From an uncultured virus (IMG/VR IMGVR_UViG_3300028384_001589) (taxonomy: Duplodnaviria; Heunggongvirae; Uroviricota; Caudoviricetes), in the IMG/VR virus record IMGVR_UViG_3300028384_001589: DNA of 20,000 bases, one strand, 5' to 3'. The notes under the pieces were generated by a model. That model was given only the letters and a program-made list of their open reading frames with translations. It made no database searches and had not been told where the DNA came from. Positions 1-9,600 of this stretch are shown piece after piece (the stretch's first letter is position 1; every line of letters starts with the position of its first letter). Made by a program: the position numbers and the translations under genes.

Positions 1-3000
1 TTCAGTAGCATCTGTGTCACTACTTGCACCTTTAATACCTGTGTATTGACCTTCTGCTAATGTTGGGTCAGCGGCACTTGTTACGTTCCAGCCTAATACA
101 CCACCGTTGTTCCAATCATAACTTGTGATAATACCGTACTGCCCTCTACCTTCACCTTCAACAATGGTAATAAGTTTATCCAAATAATATTCTTCATTGT
201 TTACATCTTGGTTAGCAATTTGAATTTCAGTTGCATTACCGCCCTGTGCTCTGTTGTTAGCATAGGTATAGTTGTCACCGCCTGGTGTTGATGAGTCGCC
301 TGGATCAGTAATTCTAATTTCAGTTACTGAACCGTTTCTAAATTCTGTTAATTTACCTGCGGCATTTTCACCCGAACCTGTAATTGTTACAGTACCTTGT
401 GTATAATGATTACCAGTGTTGGTATATCCTACAGCAAATAATTTATTTTCATCGTTGTAAACTTTTCCAATTTCTGCTTCTTTAGAATAGTTGTTTACTT
501 TTGCAGTAATTGGTGTTTCGTCATTGTTAAAGCCGATTGCTACAGAACCATATTCACCGTATGAGTTGTTACCATTTGTTGCACGTACTTTACCGCCTTC
601 TGTACACAGATAACCTACATAACAGTAGTATGTAAACACTGATACAAGTTCTGATAAGCCATCTGCATTACACCAGTAACCGATACCGTCTTGGATAATC
701 TGTGTAAAGTCGTTAGCAACGATAGATTTATTACCGCCGTTGTGTAGTGTACCATCAACTTTCATACCAACACACTTGTTACCAAATGTTGAAACGTTTT
801 GTACATAAGTTGATTTGGTTGTAATCCAAACAGTTTCGTCGTCTGGGCCTTCACCTGGATCAAGTGCTACGAACGCACCGCCTGTTACCCTTTTAATTAA
901 ATATTGATCTGGATCTGTAAATTCACCCTGTAGACCCGATAGTGTCATATTTCTAATACCACACCCGTTTCTTACACGGAACATATCTTGGTCATTTGTT
1001 TCTGGTGTAGGCTCAACAAATGTTGAACGTAATTCGTCACCAACAATAGCAACGTTAGCAGGTACACTGATAGGACAAATTTCCTGATAGCGGCCAGTTT
1101 TTACAAGAATAGTTGCTGGCGCTCTTGTACCTTCATCTTCTAAAATGTACTGTGTTGCATACTTAATTGTTTTAAATGGAGCAGTAGGAGTTAAACCTCT
1201 GCCTGCTGAGTTTGCATCAACACCGTCTGGTGAAACATAGTAAACATTTTCTGTTTGTTCTAAAGATTCCCATGCAAGGTCGTCATTTGCCATAACTTTG
1301 AACGAGTCACCTGGGTTACCAATTCCAACCCTTGCATGATCTGTTCCGTCATGTGTTCTAATATCACCTCTGTATTGTAATACATTATTGACACCACCTT
1401 CTGCAACAGTTACCCAGAAATTTTCCTGTGTGTACTCTATATCTAAATCTGGTCTTGATCCAGAATTAGATGCTTCGTGACGTTTGATACAACGATATAG
1501 TGTACCGTTGTATGTAACAATGTCTCCAAGGAAATATGAATTAGTTTCCGGAGACGCATTTACAATTACTGTTTCTTTCCAGTTTCCTCTAAACCTATCA
1601 CCGTCAATTAATGTTAACCATTGATTGTTACTGTAGATAGTTGTTAGTGTGCCATCGTTACCTTGATCATCTTGATACATAGCACTGTGATTGTAACAAA
1701 CAAGATAGTTTGCTTTGTATGCATCTCTTGGAACAATATACTGAACATACCTTTCGGTTGCCGCACTAAATCCTGAATCGTATGCCGCGGCATCAGCAAC
1801 CTGTACACCATCTAACCAGTATGTTACACCGTTATCTAAGTAATTGTATTGACCACCGTCATGGTGTCCATCAATTGATGTACTTAGATACAACGGATGT
1901 GTTAGGTTTGATGAATCATTCTGTAAAAATCTATATGTGTTTCCTTCGTATAAATCAATGTTCCCACCAACTGTACCATTAACATAATATTTGTTACCGT
2001 TGCCAGGATTACCTACTGTAATTGTTACATCAACAGTTGAACTTTGATCATCTGGTTCTGCACCTGTATTATCACGTAATGCAATATACAAGTAACCACC
2101 AAATCTTACAACATCACCAGTTTGGTATGATGTACCACTGTCCCAATATGATGCTTCTTCTTGTAGATCAGGATTTTGATTTATTTGGCCACCCATTCTG
2201 TAGCCTTGTGTTAGTAACTCCCAATCGCCAGTATCTTGTGTAATACCATTTACGCTCGGAATACTGTTTGTATTAATTGTTAAAGATGTATAACTGTATC
2301 CTCCATACTTAACAATATCACCAGGTTGATATGTTGCACTTTCTACCCACTGTTGTTCGTATTCGTATCCAGGCAACCAAATATCAAAGAAACTTTCTGC
2401 AAAAGTTGTTCCACTGTTGTGTCCTGTGTTACAATACCATATAGTTGGTCCGTATCTTAGAATATCACCTTTTTTGTATTTTTCTTTTTTAACAAAAATT
2501 TCAGTGCCGTCACCTGCTTCTGCTTCTAAATTACTTCTATCAGCAAGTGCATCATTCAAACGTCTGTATAATTTAAATGTATCTACTGTTACATTTCTTA
2601 CATAATAATAAGTGTTATCACTTAATCCATCTCCGTCTGTTCCAGTTGTTGTATACTGAACTAAATCACCTGTTGTTAAACCATGACTTGTTACTGTTAC
2701 TATGCCGCCTGTAATTCCTTCTGATGTAATATCTCTACTTGCTACCCAATGTCCTTTGTAATCAATGCCGTCAATTAAAATTTCCCATGCATTGTTAGGT
2801 GCTCCGGGCATATCTTCTTCAAGACCAAGTGCGTCATCATTTGCACTTAAATGACCAATTACACAACGATATATAATACCACCATAACGTACAACATCAT
2901 CTGCTACATATCTTGTTCTTGGCTTCCAATAATCTTTCCACTGATCTGATCTTGTAACAACTGTCCACTTAGTTGAATCTAATTCAAGACCTGTAATAGT

Positions 3001-3930
3001 TGTTGATGACGTGTGTTCAACTGTACAACGATAAACAATACCGCCATACTTAACAACATCACCAATTCTATAAATTACTTGAGGTAACCATTCATAGCGC
3101 CAATTTTGATCTGAAACAACTAATTTCCAATTACCAAAATCATCAATTCCAATTTCGCCTGGAGTTTCAATATTTAGATATGCACCTTTGTCTTTTGAAT
3201 CTGGTGTGCCATCAAAGTAATAAATTTTGTCTGGTGCATCTGCTGGAACTGTAAGTCTAATTTTTCTATCACTTGCTGTTGCAAACGAACTTAGGTAAAC
3301 TGACTCTGTTGTTTCAATGCCGTCAATAAAGTAAACAAGATTTGTACCAATGTCCCAATAGTCAATAAGAGGAGTATCAGGATTTACACCGTCTTCGTAT
3401 ACACTAAATCTTAGTGGATGTTCTTGTCCTCCAAAATCTACGTTTGATTGATCTGTTTGATCAAAAAGGTATGTGTGTCCTTTACGTATTGTAATAATAT
3501 TTCTTTCAGTTCCATTTAAGAAAATTGCACCAGTTGAAGTGTTAGCACGACCTGTGTCAGTAATAGACCCGCTGTCTCTATCAACTGTTACTGTAATAGT
3601 TGTTGATCCTTCCGGAACTGTATACGGATCTGCTGTATGACCTACAATAGCCGCATAGACTTGACCGCCATAGCGTACAACGTCATTTACTTTGTAATAT
3701 GTACCCGGAGTCCATTGGTCTACCCATTGTACACCGTCTGTCATTTGTGTCCACTTAGGCAGTGTTTGATTTAGATAGTCAATGTAAAAGTCTGGATCTG
3801 ATGTGTGACCATTCAAACAAACAAAGGTTTTACCACCATAACTTACAATATCATCTTTAATATATTGCTTAGAAGTCTGCCAAGCACCAGTCCATCTAAA
3901 TCGGATTCTGTCAATTTTAAATTCAGCCAT
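1..3930 (-). CDS. Very large virion fibre/structural protein (>1310 aa, 3' end outside window): about 8 CBM5/12 (ChiC-like) repeats, two cupredoxin-like inserts, then a pectin-lyase-like beta-helix region
   Basis: ATG at 3930 (MAEFKIDRIRFRWTGAW...). The frame stays open to position 1 (...GASSDTDATE), which explains its absence from the ORF track. Repeats W-x5-Y-x2-(G/N/D)D(I/V)V-x-YGG-x2-Y-x-C-x3-H, e.g. YKVNDVVRYGGQVY, YRIGDVVKYGGIVYRC. VYYVSPDG...PFKTIKYA...GDELRS motif near 1245-1025. Confidence 0.9.
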   Translation of the reverse strand, partial: MAEFKIDRIRFRWTGAWQTSKQYIKDDIVSYGGKTFVCLNGHTSDPDFYIDYLNQTLPKWTQMTDGVQWVDQWTPGTYYKVNDVVRYGGQVYAAIVGHTADPYTVPEGSTTITVTVDRDSGSITDTGRANTSTGAIFLNGTERNIITIRKGHTYLFDQTDQSNVDFGGQEHPLRFSVYEDGVNPDTPLIDYWDIGTNLVYFIDGIETTESVYLSSFATASDRKIRLTVPADAPDKIYYFDGTPDSKDKGAYLNIETPGEIGIDDFGNWKLVVSDQNWRYEWLPQVIYRIGDVVKYGGIVYRCTVEHTSSTTITGLELDSTKWTVVTRSDQWKDYWKPRTRYVADDVVRYGGIIYRCVIGHLSANDDALGLEEDMPGAPNNAWEILIDGIDYKGHWVASRDITSEGITGGIVTVTSHGLTTGDLVQYTTTGTDGDGLSDNTYYYVRNVTVDTFKLYRRLNDALADRSNLEAEAGDGTEIFVKKEKYKKGDILRYGPTIWYCNTGHNSGTTFAESFFDIWLPGYEYEQQWVESATYQPGDIVKYGGYSYTSLTINTNSIPSVNGITQDTGDWELLTQGYRMGGQINQNPDLQEEASYWDSGTSYQTGDVVRFGGYLYIALRDNTGAEPDDQSSTVDVTITVGNPGNGNKYYVNGTVGGNIDLYEGNTYRFLQNDSSNLTHPLYLSTSIDGHHDGGQYNYLDNGVTYWLDGVQVADAAAYDSGFSAATERYVQYIVPRDAYKANYLVCYNHSAMYQDDQGNDGTLTTIYSNNQWLTLIDGDRFRGNWKETVIVNASPETNSYFLGDIVTYNGTLYRCIKRHEASNSGSRPDLDIEYTQENFWVTVAEGGVNNVLQYRGDIRTHDGTDHARVGIGNPGDSFKVMANDDLAWESLEQTENVYYVSPDGVDANSAGRGLTPTAPFKTIKYATQYILEDEGTRAPATILVKTGRYQEICPISVPANVAIVGDELRSTFVEPTPETNDQDMFRVRNGCGIRNMTLSGLQGEFTDPDQYLIKRVTGGAFVALDPGEGPDDETVWITTKSTYVQNVSTFGNKCVGMKVDGTLHNGGNKSIVANDFTQIIQDGIGYWCNADGLSELVSVFTYYCYVGYLCTEGGKVRATNGNNSYGEYGSVAIGFNNDETPITAKVNNYSKEAEIGKVYNDENKLFAVGYTNTGNHYTQGTVTITGSGENAAGKLTEFRNGSVTEIRITDPGDSSTPGGDNYTYANNRAQGGNATEIQIANQDVNNEEYYLDKLITIVEGEGRGQYGIITSYDWNNGGVLGWNVTSAADPTLAEGQYTGIKGASSDTDATE

Positions 3931-3953
3931 TTATTTTTCCGTTTCTATTACTG

Positions 3954-3959
3954 TATTTA
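3954..3959 (-). promoter_or_regulatory. T4-like late promoter core (TAAATA)
   Basis: Minus strand ggtTAAATAcag in the intergenic gap, 23 nt upstream of the ATG at 3930. The T4 late consensus is TATAAATA. Confidence 0.65.
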
Positions 3960-3963
3960 ACCA

Positions 3964-4332
3964 TTATGGTGATACCCCATCTGGAAAATCATAATCTTGA
4001 TTAATTCTAATTACTAAGTTTCCTTCATCGTCTATGTAATAAACTAAGTTTCTATCGTCCCATCTAAACTGTTCGTAGCGTAAGTTTTCAAATGAAATTT
4101 CATGCTCTTCGTCTCTACCTTCAAAAAACTCAATTCCTCTTTGAAAGTCTGGATAGTTTTGTACAGGATCTCCGGGTTGGTTAACTTGTACACCATCCGA
4201 ACTTTTCATTTGATCTGATTTTACCAAGTATAGTTCGCCGTCTTGTGTTCTTCGTAGGCCATAAAAGTATCTACTACCCTTAACTGTTTTAAGGATTGTT
4301 CCTACTTCTGTACCTTGATAAAAACTTGCCAT
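3964..4332 (-). CDS. Small virion-associated protein, paralog of 5824..6285
   Basis: 122-aa ORF with AAGGA SD. Shares RYFYGLRRT.DGEL, FFEGRD and YEQFRWDD.NL.YY..DEG.LV.RINQ with the 153-aa ORF. Confidence 0.85.
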   Translation of the reverse strand: MASFYQGTEVGTILKTVKGSRYFYGLRRTQDGELYLVKSDQMKSSDGVQVNQPGDPVQNYPDFQRGIEFFEGRDEEHEISFENLRYEQFRWDDRNLVYYIDDEGNLVIRINQDYDFPDGVSP

Positions 4333-4342
4333 AATCTATTCC

Positions 4343-5806
4343 TTAACTTACAATATTAATTGTATTCCCCATATTACTATGTGCTGAACATTGATAGTAC
4401 AAAGTACTTGGTGCATTCATTGGCACTGTGAATACAATGTATCCATTTCCTGCATTGTTGTTAACAACGCCTGTGTTATATGCCGCACCGCCATTTGATA
4501 CTCTGATTTCAAATGGGTGTGAACCACCACTGTTATTATTAAAATAATAAGTCATTCCACGCATCAAGTATAAAACCGGATCGTTTGTGGTTGTTGGAAA
4601 TCCTGGGCCAGTAAATGTATAATCACTTGATCCATTTGCTCCAAGTGTCCAAGTAATACTTGCACCATTTAATGGAGCATAACTTGTACCATTAAATCCA
4701 ATATACGATCCTCTAACTGCATTTGCTGTGGTTACATCACTTAATTCATTTAACGCTGTTGCACCAGTTGTGCCATTAAAATTAATTGTTAATGTACCTG
4801 CATCCATTTCAGTTACAATATCAGTACCGCCTGCAATAGTTAATGTATCTGTTAAACCACTTGCTGTTGTTGAACCTGTATCACCTGCTACTGTTGCAAA
4901 CAAGTTTTGGTCTGTTGATTGATCAACAACAAATTCTAATCCATCACCCGCTGAGTTCACTTTAACAAATCTATTTGCCGCGCCAGTAAATGCACTTGGA
5001 GTATCTGTTAAGTTTAAGAACGCTCCGCCAAATAATGTTGGAGTGTTTGTAAAGTTTGTGTAATCTAAAAAGTGTGCAGAGTCAAATCCATCAAGTGTAT
5101 CAGCATCTAATCCCGAACCACCTGATGCAATATCAGCACCTGGTGCCCATTGTGATCCGTCCCACTTAAGAACATCACCTGTGCTCGGAGACGAAGTTGA
5201 AACATTACTTAATGCGCCAATTGCAATATTGCCGACTTCTGCCGCTGTAACAGCATCACTAAATTCAAGTCCTGTACCCCCCGAATTAACTCTAACAATT
5301 TTTCCATTTGCACTTGTATAATTTGTTGGGGAATCAGTTAAGTCTGTAAATGCAGACGCACCGCCGCCACCACCGGATACTGTGCCTGGTCCCCATTGTC
5401 CTGCATCATTATCCCAAACAAGTGCTTGACCATCTGTTGCCGCTGTAGCAGATACATTACCCAAGTCACCAAGGTCACTTGTTGTATCTAACATTTTATT
5501 CCAGGAGTTGTTGTGAGCGTAATATACTGCCGCATCAGCAGTTACTTTTGCCAACATACCATCATAAGTTGTAGGATTAGGTAGTGCACCAAATGTAGGA
5601 TATAGGAAAGTGATTTTGTTACTACCTGTTGATGTTGGTGGAAAACTATTTAAAACGTTATTAGAAATAACTGTTAATTGATCTCCGTCTCCTAATGCTG
5701 TGTACAACTCATTAAAGTTGTTATTAATTTTTGTAGCACCTGCCCTTAGGTTATCACCTTGACCATCGTTGGGCAAAATTCCTACGTTTACTACTTGTTT
5801 TGTCAT
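4343..5806 (-). CDS. Fibre/baseplate-associated protein with T4 gp9/gp10-type N-terminal domain, fibre repeats and C-terminal cupredoxin-like domain
   Basis: N-terminus MTKQVVNVGILPNDGQGDNLRAGATKINNNFNELY resembles the T4 gp9/gp10 N-terminal motif (DGTGDxLR...KINxNFxELY). Internal repeats L.DL.NV...GQ.L.WD..W.PG and F..LTD.P...V.VNS.G.GLEF. C-terminal HPFEI...TVPMNAPSTLYYQCSAHSNMG. Confidence 0.85.
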   Translation of the reverse strand: MTKQVVNVGILPNDGQGDNLRAGATKINNNFNELYTALGDGDQLTVISNNVLNSFPPTSTGSNKITFLYPTFGALPNPTTYDGMLAKVTADAAVYYAHNNSWNKMLDTTSDLGDLGNVSATAATDGQALVWDNDAGQWGPGTVSGGGGGASAFTDLTDSPTNYTSANGKIVRVNSGGTGLEFSDAVTAAEVGNIAIGALSNVSTSSPSTGDVLKWDGSQWAPGADIASGGSGLDADTLDGFDSAHFLDYTNFTNTPTLFGGAFLNLTDTPSAFTGAANRFVKVNSAGDGLEFVVDQSTDQNLFATVAGDTGSTTASGLTDTLTIAGGTDIVTEMDAGTLTINFNGTTGATALNELSDVTTANAVRGSYIGFNGTSYAPLNGASITWTLGANGSSDYTFTGPGFPTTTNDPVLYLMRGMTYYFNNNSGGSHPFEIRVSNGGAAYNTGVVNNNAGNGYIVFTVPMNAPSTLYYQCSAHSNMGNTINIVS

Positions 5807-5823
5807 ATCCTACTCCTACTCTC

Positions 5824-6285
5824 CTATGTTTGGTCGTATGTAATATTGTTATTGTCTAATGTAAGGTTAGTGTTATCCCATTCTCTATCACTGTCTGTAA
5901 TAGTGATTGTATCACCTGCATATGTAACTGCACCATCATTAGGCCCTTGGTTAATTCTTACAACAAGTTCACCTTCGTCATTGACGTAATAAAATAAATT
6001 TGCATCGTCCCAACGAAATTGTTCATAATTTAAATTCTTGTATGTTAGATTATGTGCAGAATCTCTTCCTTCAAAAAATTCTGCGCCTTCATCAAATTCT
6101 GTAAAGTTGTCAACTGGATCACCTTCTTTATTAATTGCAATAGTGTCAGTCAAACTTAACTGATCAAGTTTTCCTAAAAATAGTTCACCGTCATCGGTTC
6201 TACGCAAACCATAAAAATATCTTTCGCCAAGATTATCTTCAATAGTCTGTGTAATTGTTTGACCTGTGTACCATTGATTTGACAT
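5824..6285 (-). CDS. Small virion-associated protein, paralog of 3964..4332 with an extra C-terminal tail
   Basis: 153-aa ORF starting 1 nt after the upstream stop. Clear motif identity with the 122-aa ORF. Tail WDNTNLTLDNNNITYDQT. Confidence 0.85.
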   Translation of the reverse strand: MSNQWYTGQTITQTIEDNLGERYFYGLRRTDDGELFLGKLDQLSLTDTIAINKEGDPVDNFTEFDEGAEFFEGRDSAHNLTYKNLNYEQFRWDDANLFYYVNDEGELVVRINQGPNDGAVTYAGDTITITDSDREWDNTNLTLDNNNITYDQT

Positions 6286-6286
6286 A

Positions 6287-6616
6287 TTATACTATCTCCA
6301 CAAAACTCATTACGCAGTCAAGACTTCCGTCAATGTCTGCTTGTACATACAAAATATTTGTTGCGGCTAAAATAATTTTCTCACCGCCGTTTAAAACTTT
6401 AAGTGTTGAATTTGGTGGAATCAACACATCTTTTAAGTAGTATCCTGTTACAGAAGTGTCATCTGCAATTAAAACATTTGCACTAACCACTGACGAGGTT
6501 AAGTTTGCTAAACTCAAACCAATTACAGTTGCCCTTGTACTTGGACCTACTTCATAGATCGGTACTTGAACTGTTCCTATTTCTTTTACTACTTTATTTT
6601 TAAAAAACGTTGCCAT
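6287..6616 (-). CDS. Small beta-rich virion protein (putative fibre adaptor)
   Basis: 109-aa ORF tightly packed after the large fibre gene. Pattern resembles the 115-aa ORF at 13883..14230 (VIGLSLAN vs ILTLVVCN; EKIILAATNIL vs EKMVLSAGDRI; ending SFVEIV vs SYLEV). Confidence 0.8.
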   Translation of the reverse strand: MATFFKNKVVKEIGTVQVPIYEVGPSTRATVIGLSLANLTSSVVSANVLIADDTSVTGYYLKDVLIPPNSTLKVLNGGEKIILAATNILYVQADIDGSLDCVMSFVEIV

Positions 6617-6620
6617 TCTA

Positions 6621-9600
6621 TTATCCTATCGTCACTGCCATTTTAATTGCAATTTCTTCTGCGTCCTGTGCTGATACAGCACCTGAACTACCTGCAACCG
6701 AAACCCACTGACCAGTATTGTCATAAAGTTCAACCCTGTCATCCTGTGTGTTAAAACGCATCATTCCTGTTTCTGGTGTTGGATGTCTATTTGACAAATC
6801 ACCAACTGGAATAACAAACCCGCCTGTTCCTTCAATTTTGAAGTAACCATTTCCTGTTTGGGCAAGGGTTGTAACTGCACCGGCTACAGTATTAGTTATC
6901 GAATTTTGATTGAAACCAAAATTTTCAACAAGAACTCGTCCTGTTCCATTTGCTCTAAGGTTCAAATCAGCGTTTGTAGTAACAGTTCTTACAGTATTTC
7001 CTTCAATTTCAATGTCATCTACTGCTAATTTTTCAACATTGAAACGTGTTTGATTAACGTCTGCAACCAATTGCCCACCAGCATAAAAATATAATGTATC
7101 GTCGTCTGCACCTGGTGTTTGCTCTGCTAAAATATATGTATCTTGATCAACATCACGAACTCCGTTAAGTGTAATCCATTGTCCGTCATAACCTTCAAAC
7201 ACATCTGTGTCTGTGTTATAACGTAGCATACCAACTGCTGGAGTACCTGGACGTTGTGCTGTTGTACCTCTTGGTAATGTTAAACTACCAGTTGAATTAA
7301 TGTCAACCGTTTCACTGCCTGGATCAAGAATCATATCTCCTGTTGATGAAATAATATTTGTTTTAAAACTTAAATCGTCAACTTTAATTGATCCTGTACC
7401 ACTTGCACGTAATTCTAAATCTTGGTTTGTGTTTGTAGTTTGAATTACGTTTGTGTTAATATTAATGTCGTCAATTTGTGCTTCGCCAGCATACAATTTA
7501 CGCCATTCGTTTGTTGCTGTACCTAAAGTAAATGTTCCATCTTCACTTGGTACAAGATTACTTGCAATACCTGCAACAATTTCAATACTATCAGTTGCTT
7601 CGTCACCTATTGTAATATTACCGCCAATAGTAACATCACCTGTTACATCAAGGTCGCCTGTAATATTAACATCGTCTGAAAAATTAACTATTCCGCTTTG
7701 TGCATCAATGTTTAAGTCACCACTTAAACTTTCAACAGTATTACCGCTTAGTCTAATATTGCCTGTTTGAATTTTGTCTCCGTCGATAATTGTAGTCGAC
7801 GAACCTGTGCTAAATCTTACACTTTGTAATGTATCAATGTTAAAGTTTGCATTTGTAAAGTTGACTGTACCATCTGCTTGATTAACATGGAAAACATCAC
7901 CTACTCTAAAATCACCTTTATGGTCAACTGAACTAAAGTAAACATTTGCTTCGTTTAGTTTTGTAACTTCTTGACTTTGAATTACTGTTGTTGGATCGTT
8001 ATCAACTTCTTTACCGTTGCCAATGTATGCAAGGTTTTGAGAGATAAGATACATAACAACACCATTACCATCTCCGTAAATACCATAATTACCGTAAACA
8101 CAAGCACTACCTATTGAACGTATTTCACAACCAAAGTCTGAAAAGTCTGCTAATTCAATTCCTGTAGCATATGCTCCGCCACCAAAGCCAATGTTTTGTA
8201 ATACAATAACATCATCTTCAAAAGTGCTTGAACTATCTACACCATTAAATCTTAAAAGTATTCTTGAATCTGTATCATTTGAAACTTCATTTAATGGCGG
8301 TGTGTAAGATCCTAATGTATATCTTGCAACTGCTGATAGTCTAAAGTCGTCAACGTGTCCGTCCCAGAAAGATGATGCATTGAAAGCCGAGCCAATTAAT
8401 AAAGGTTTGCTTGATCCTATGTCTGAACTAAATGCATTATCAGAATCAACTCTTGTACCATTTACATATAAATTTATTGTTGACCCTGTTCTTGTTACAG
8501 CAACGTGTGTCCACGTTGTTGTTGATAATAATCCACCACTTAATAGTTCTGCACCATTGTAATAAACTTTAACAACACCAGCATCTGCATAAAGATATAA
8601 ACCAGTGTCAGTTGCAGTACCTGCTCTCATGTCAACAAGTGCTCTTGTTCCTGTTACACTATTTGCATAAAACCAACCTTCAATTGTAAAGTCGCCTGTG
8701 CCAAATCCAAAGTCTGGATCTGTAGCAACTGAAATGTAATCACCTGTACCATCTAATAATAAAGAACCTGTACCAAACTTTTTAATTGCTGTATCAATTT
8801 GTGCATTGTCTACTGCAACAACAGTTTTTCCGCCACGTTCGTATTTTGTTTCTAATCCTGAAACGTTATTATTTAGATAGATGTAATTTCCATCAACTTC
8901 ATTTACTGTTGCATTAACAACTGTACCTTGTGAATCTGTATATTGAAATACTTCTCCTGCTGTTGGTGTTCCTACAAGTCCACTTAATTTAACTTTTGTA
9001 CGTCCAGTACCTTTTAATCCATTAGTACCGTTTTCGCCAAATATTGCTTTGTCAGCAAAGTATACAAATGAGTTAAGCCATTCTATTCTTGCACCATTTG
9101 TTGCATAAAGGCCAACTGCTCCTGGTGTAATAAATGTTACGCTGTGGAACAGCATACTTGCTTCTCTTGAGTTTGCTGTTGCTTGTTCACCATCAAGTTT
9201 TGCACCTCTACCTGCATCGGCTTGGTCAAATCCTCTTGGATCACTTGCTGATGTTACACTACCTTTTGTAATTACGCTAACATTTTTAATGTAAGGTGAT
9301 CTTGATGTTACTTCAAAATTATTTGCAAAACTAAATGCCCAGCCTGTATCATTTATACTGTCATAGTAAAAATCTGCAACAGTTAAATTCATTATACTTG
9401 ATTCACCTTGTAGCACAAAAGCGTTGTTGTTATTTGTACCTGATGTTGGTATAACTTTTACTGATCTAATCCCTTCACCAATAATTGTAACACCTGCTGG
9501 AACATTTAGTGGAAATACTTCTTCGTACTCACCAGGATAAATGTGAATTGTGTCACCTGTACTTGCTACACTCAATGCTTGAGCAATAGTTAAGTATGGA

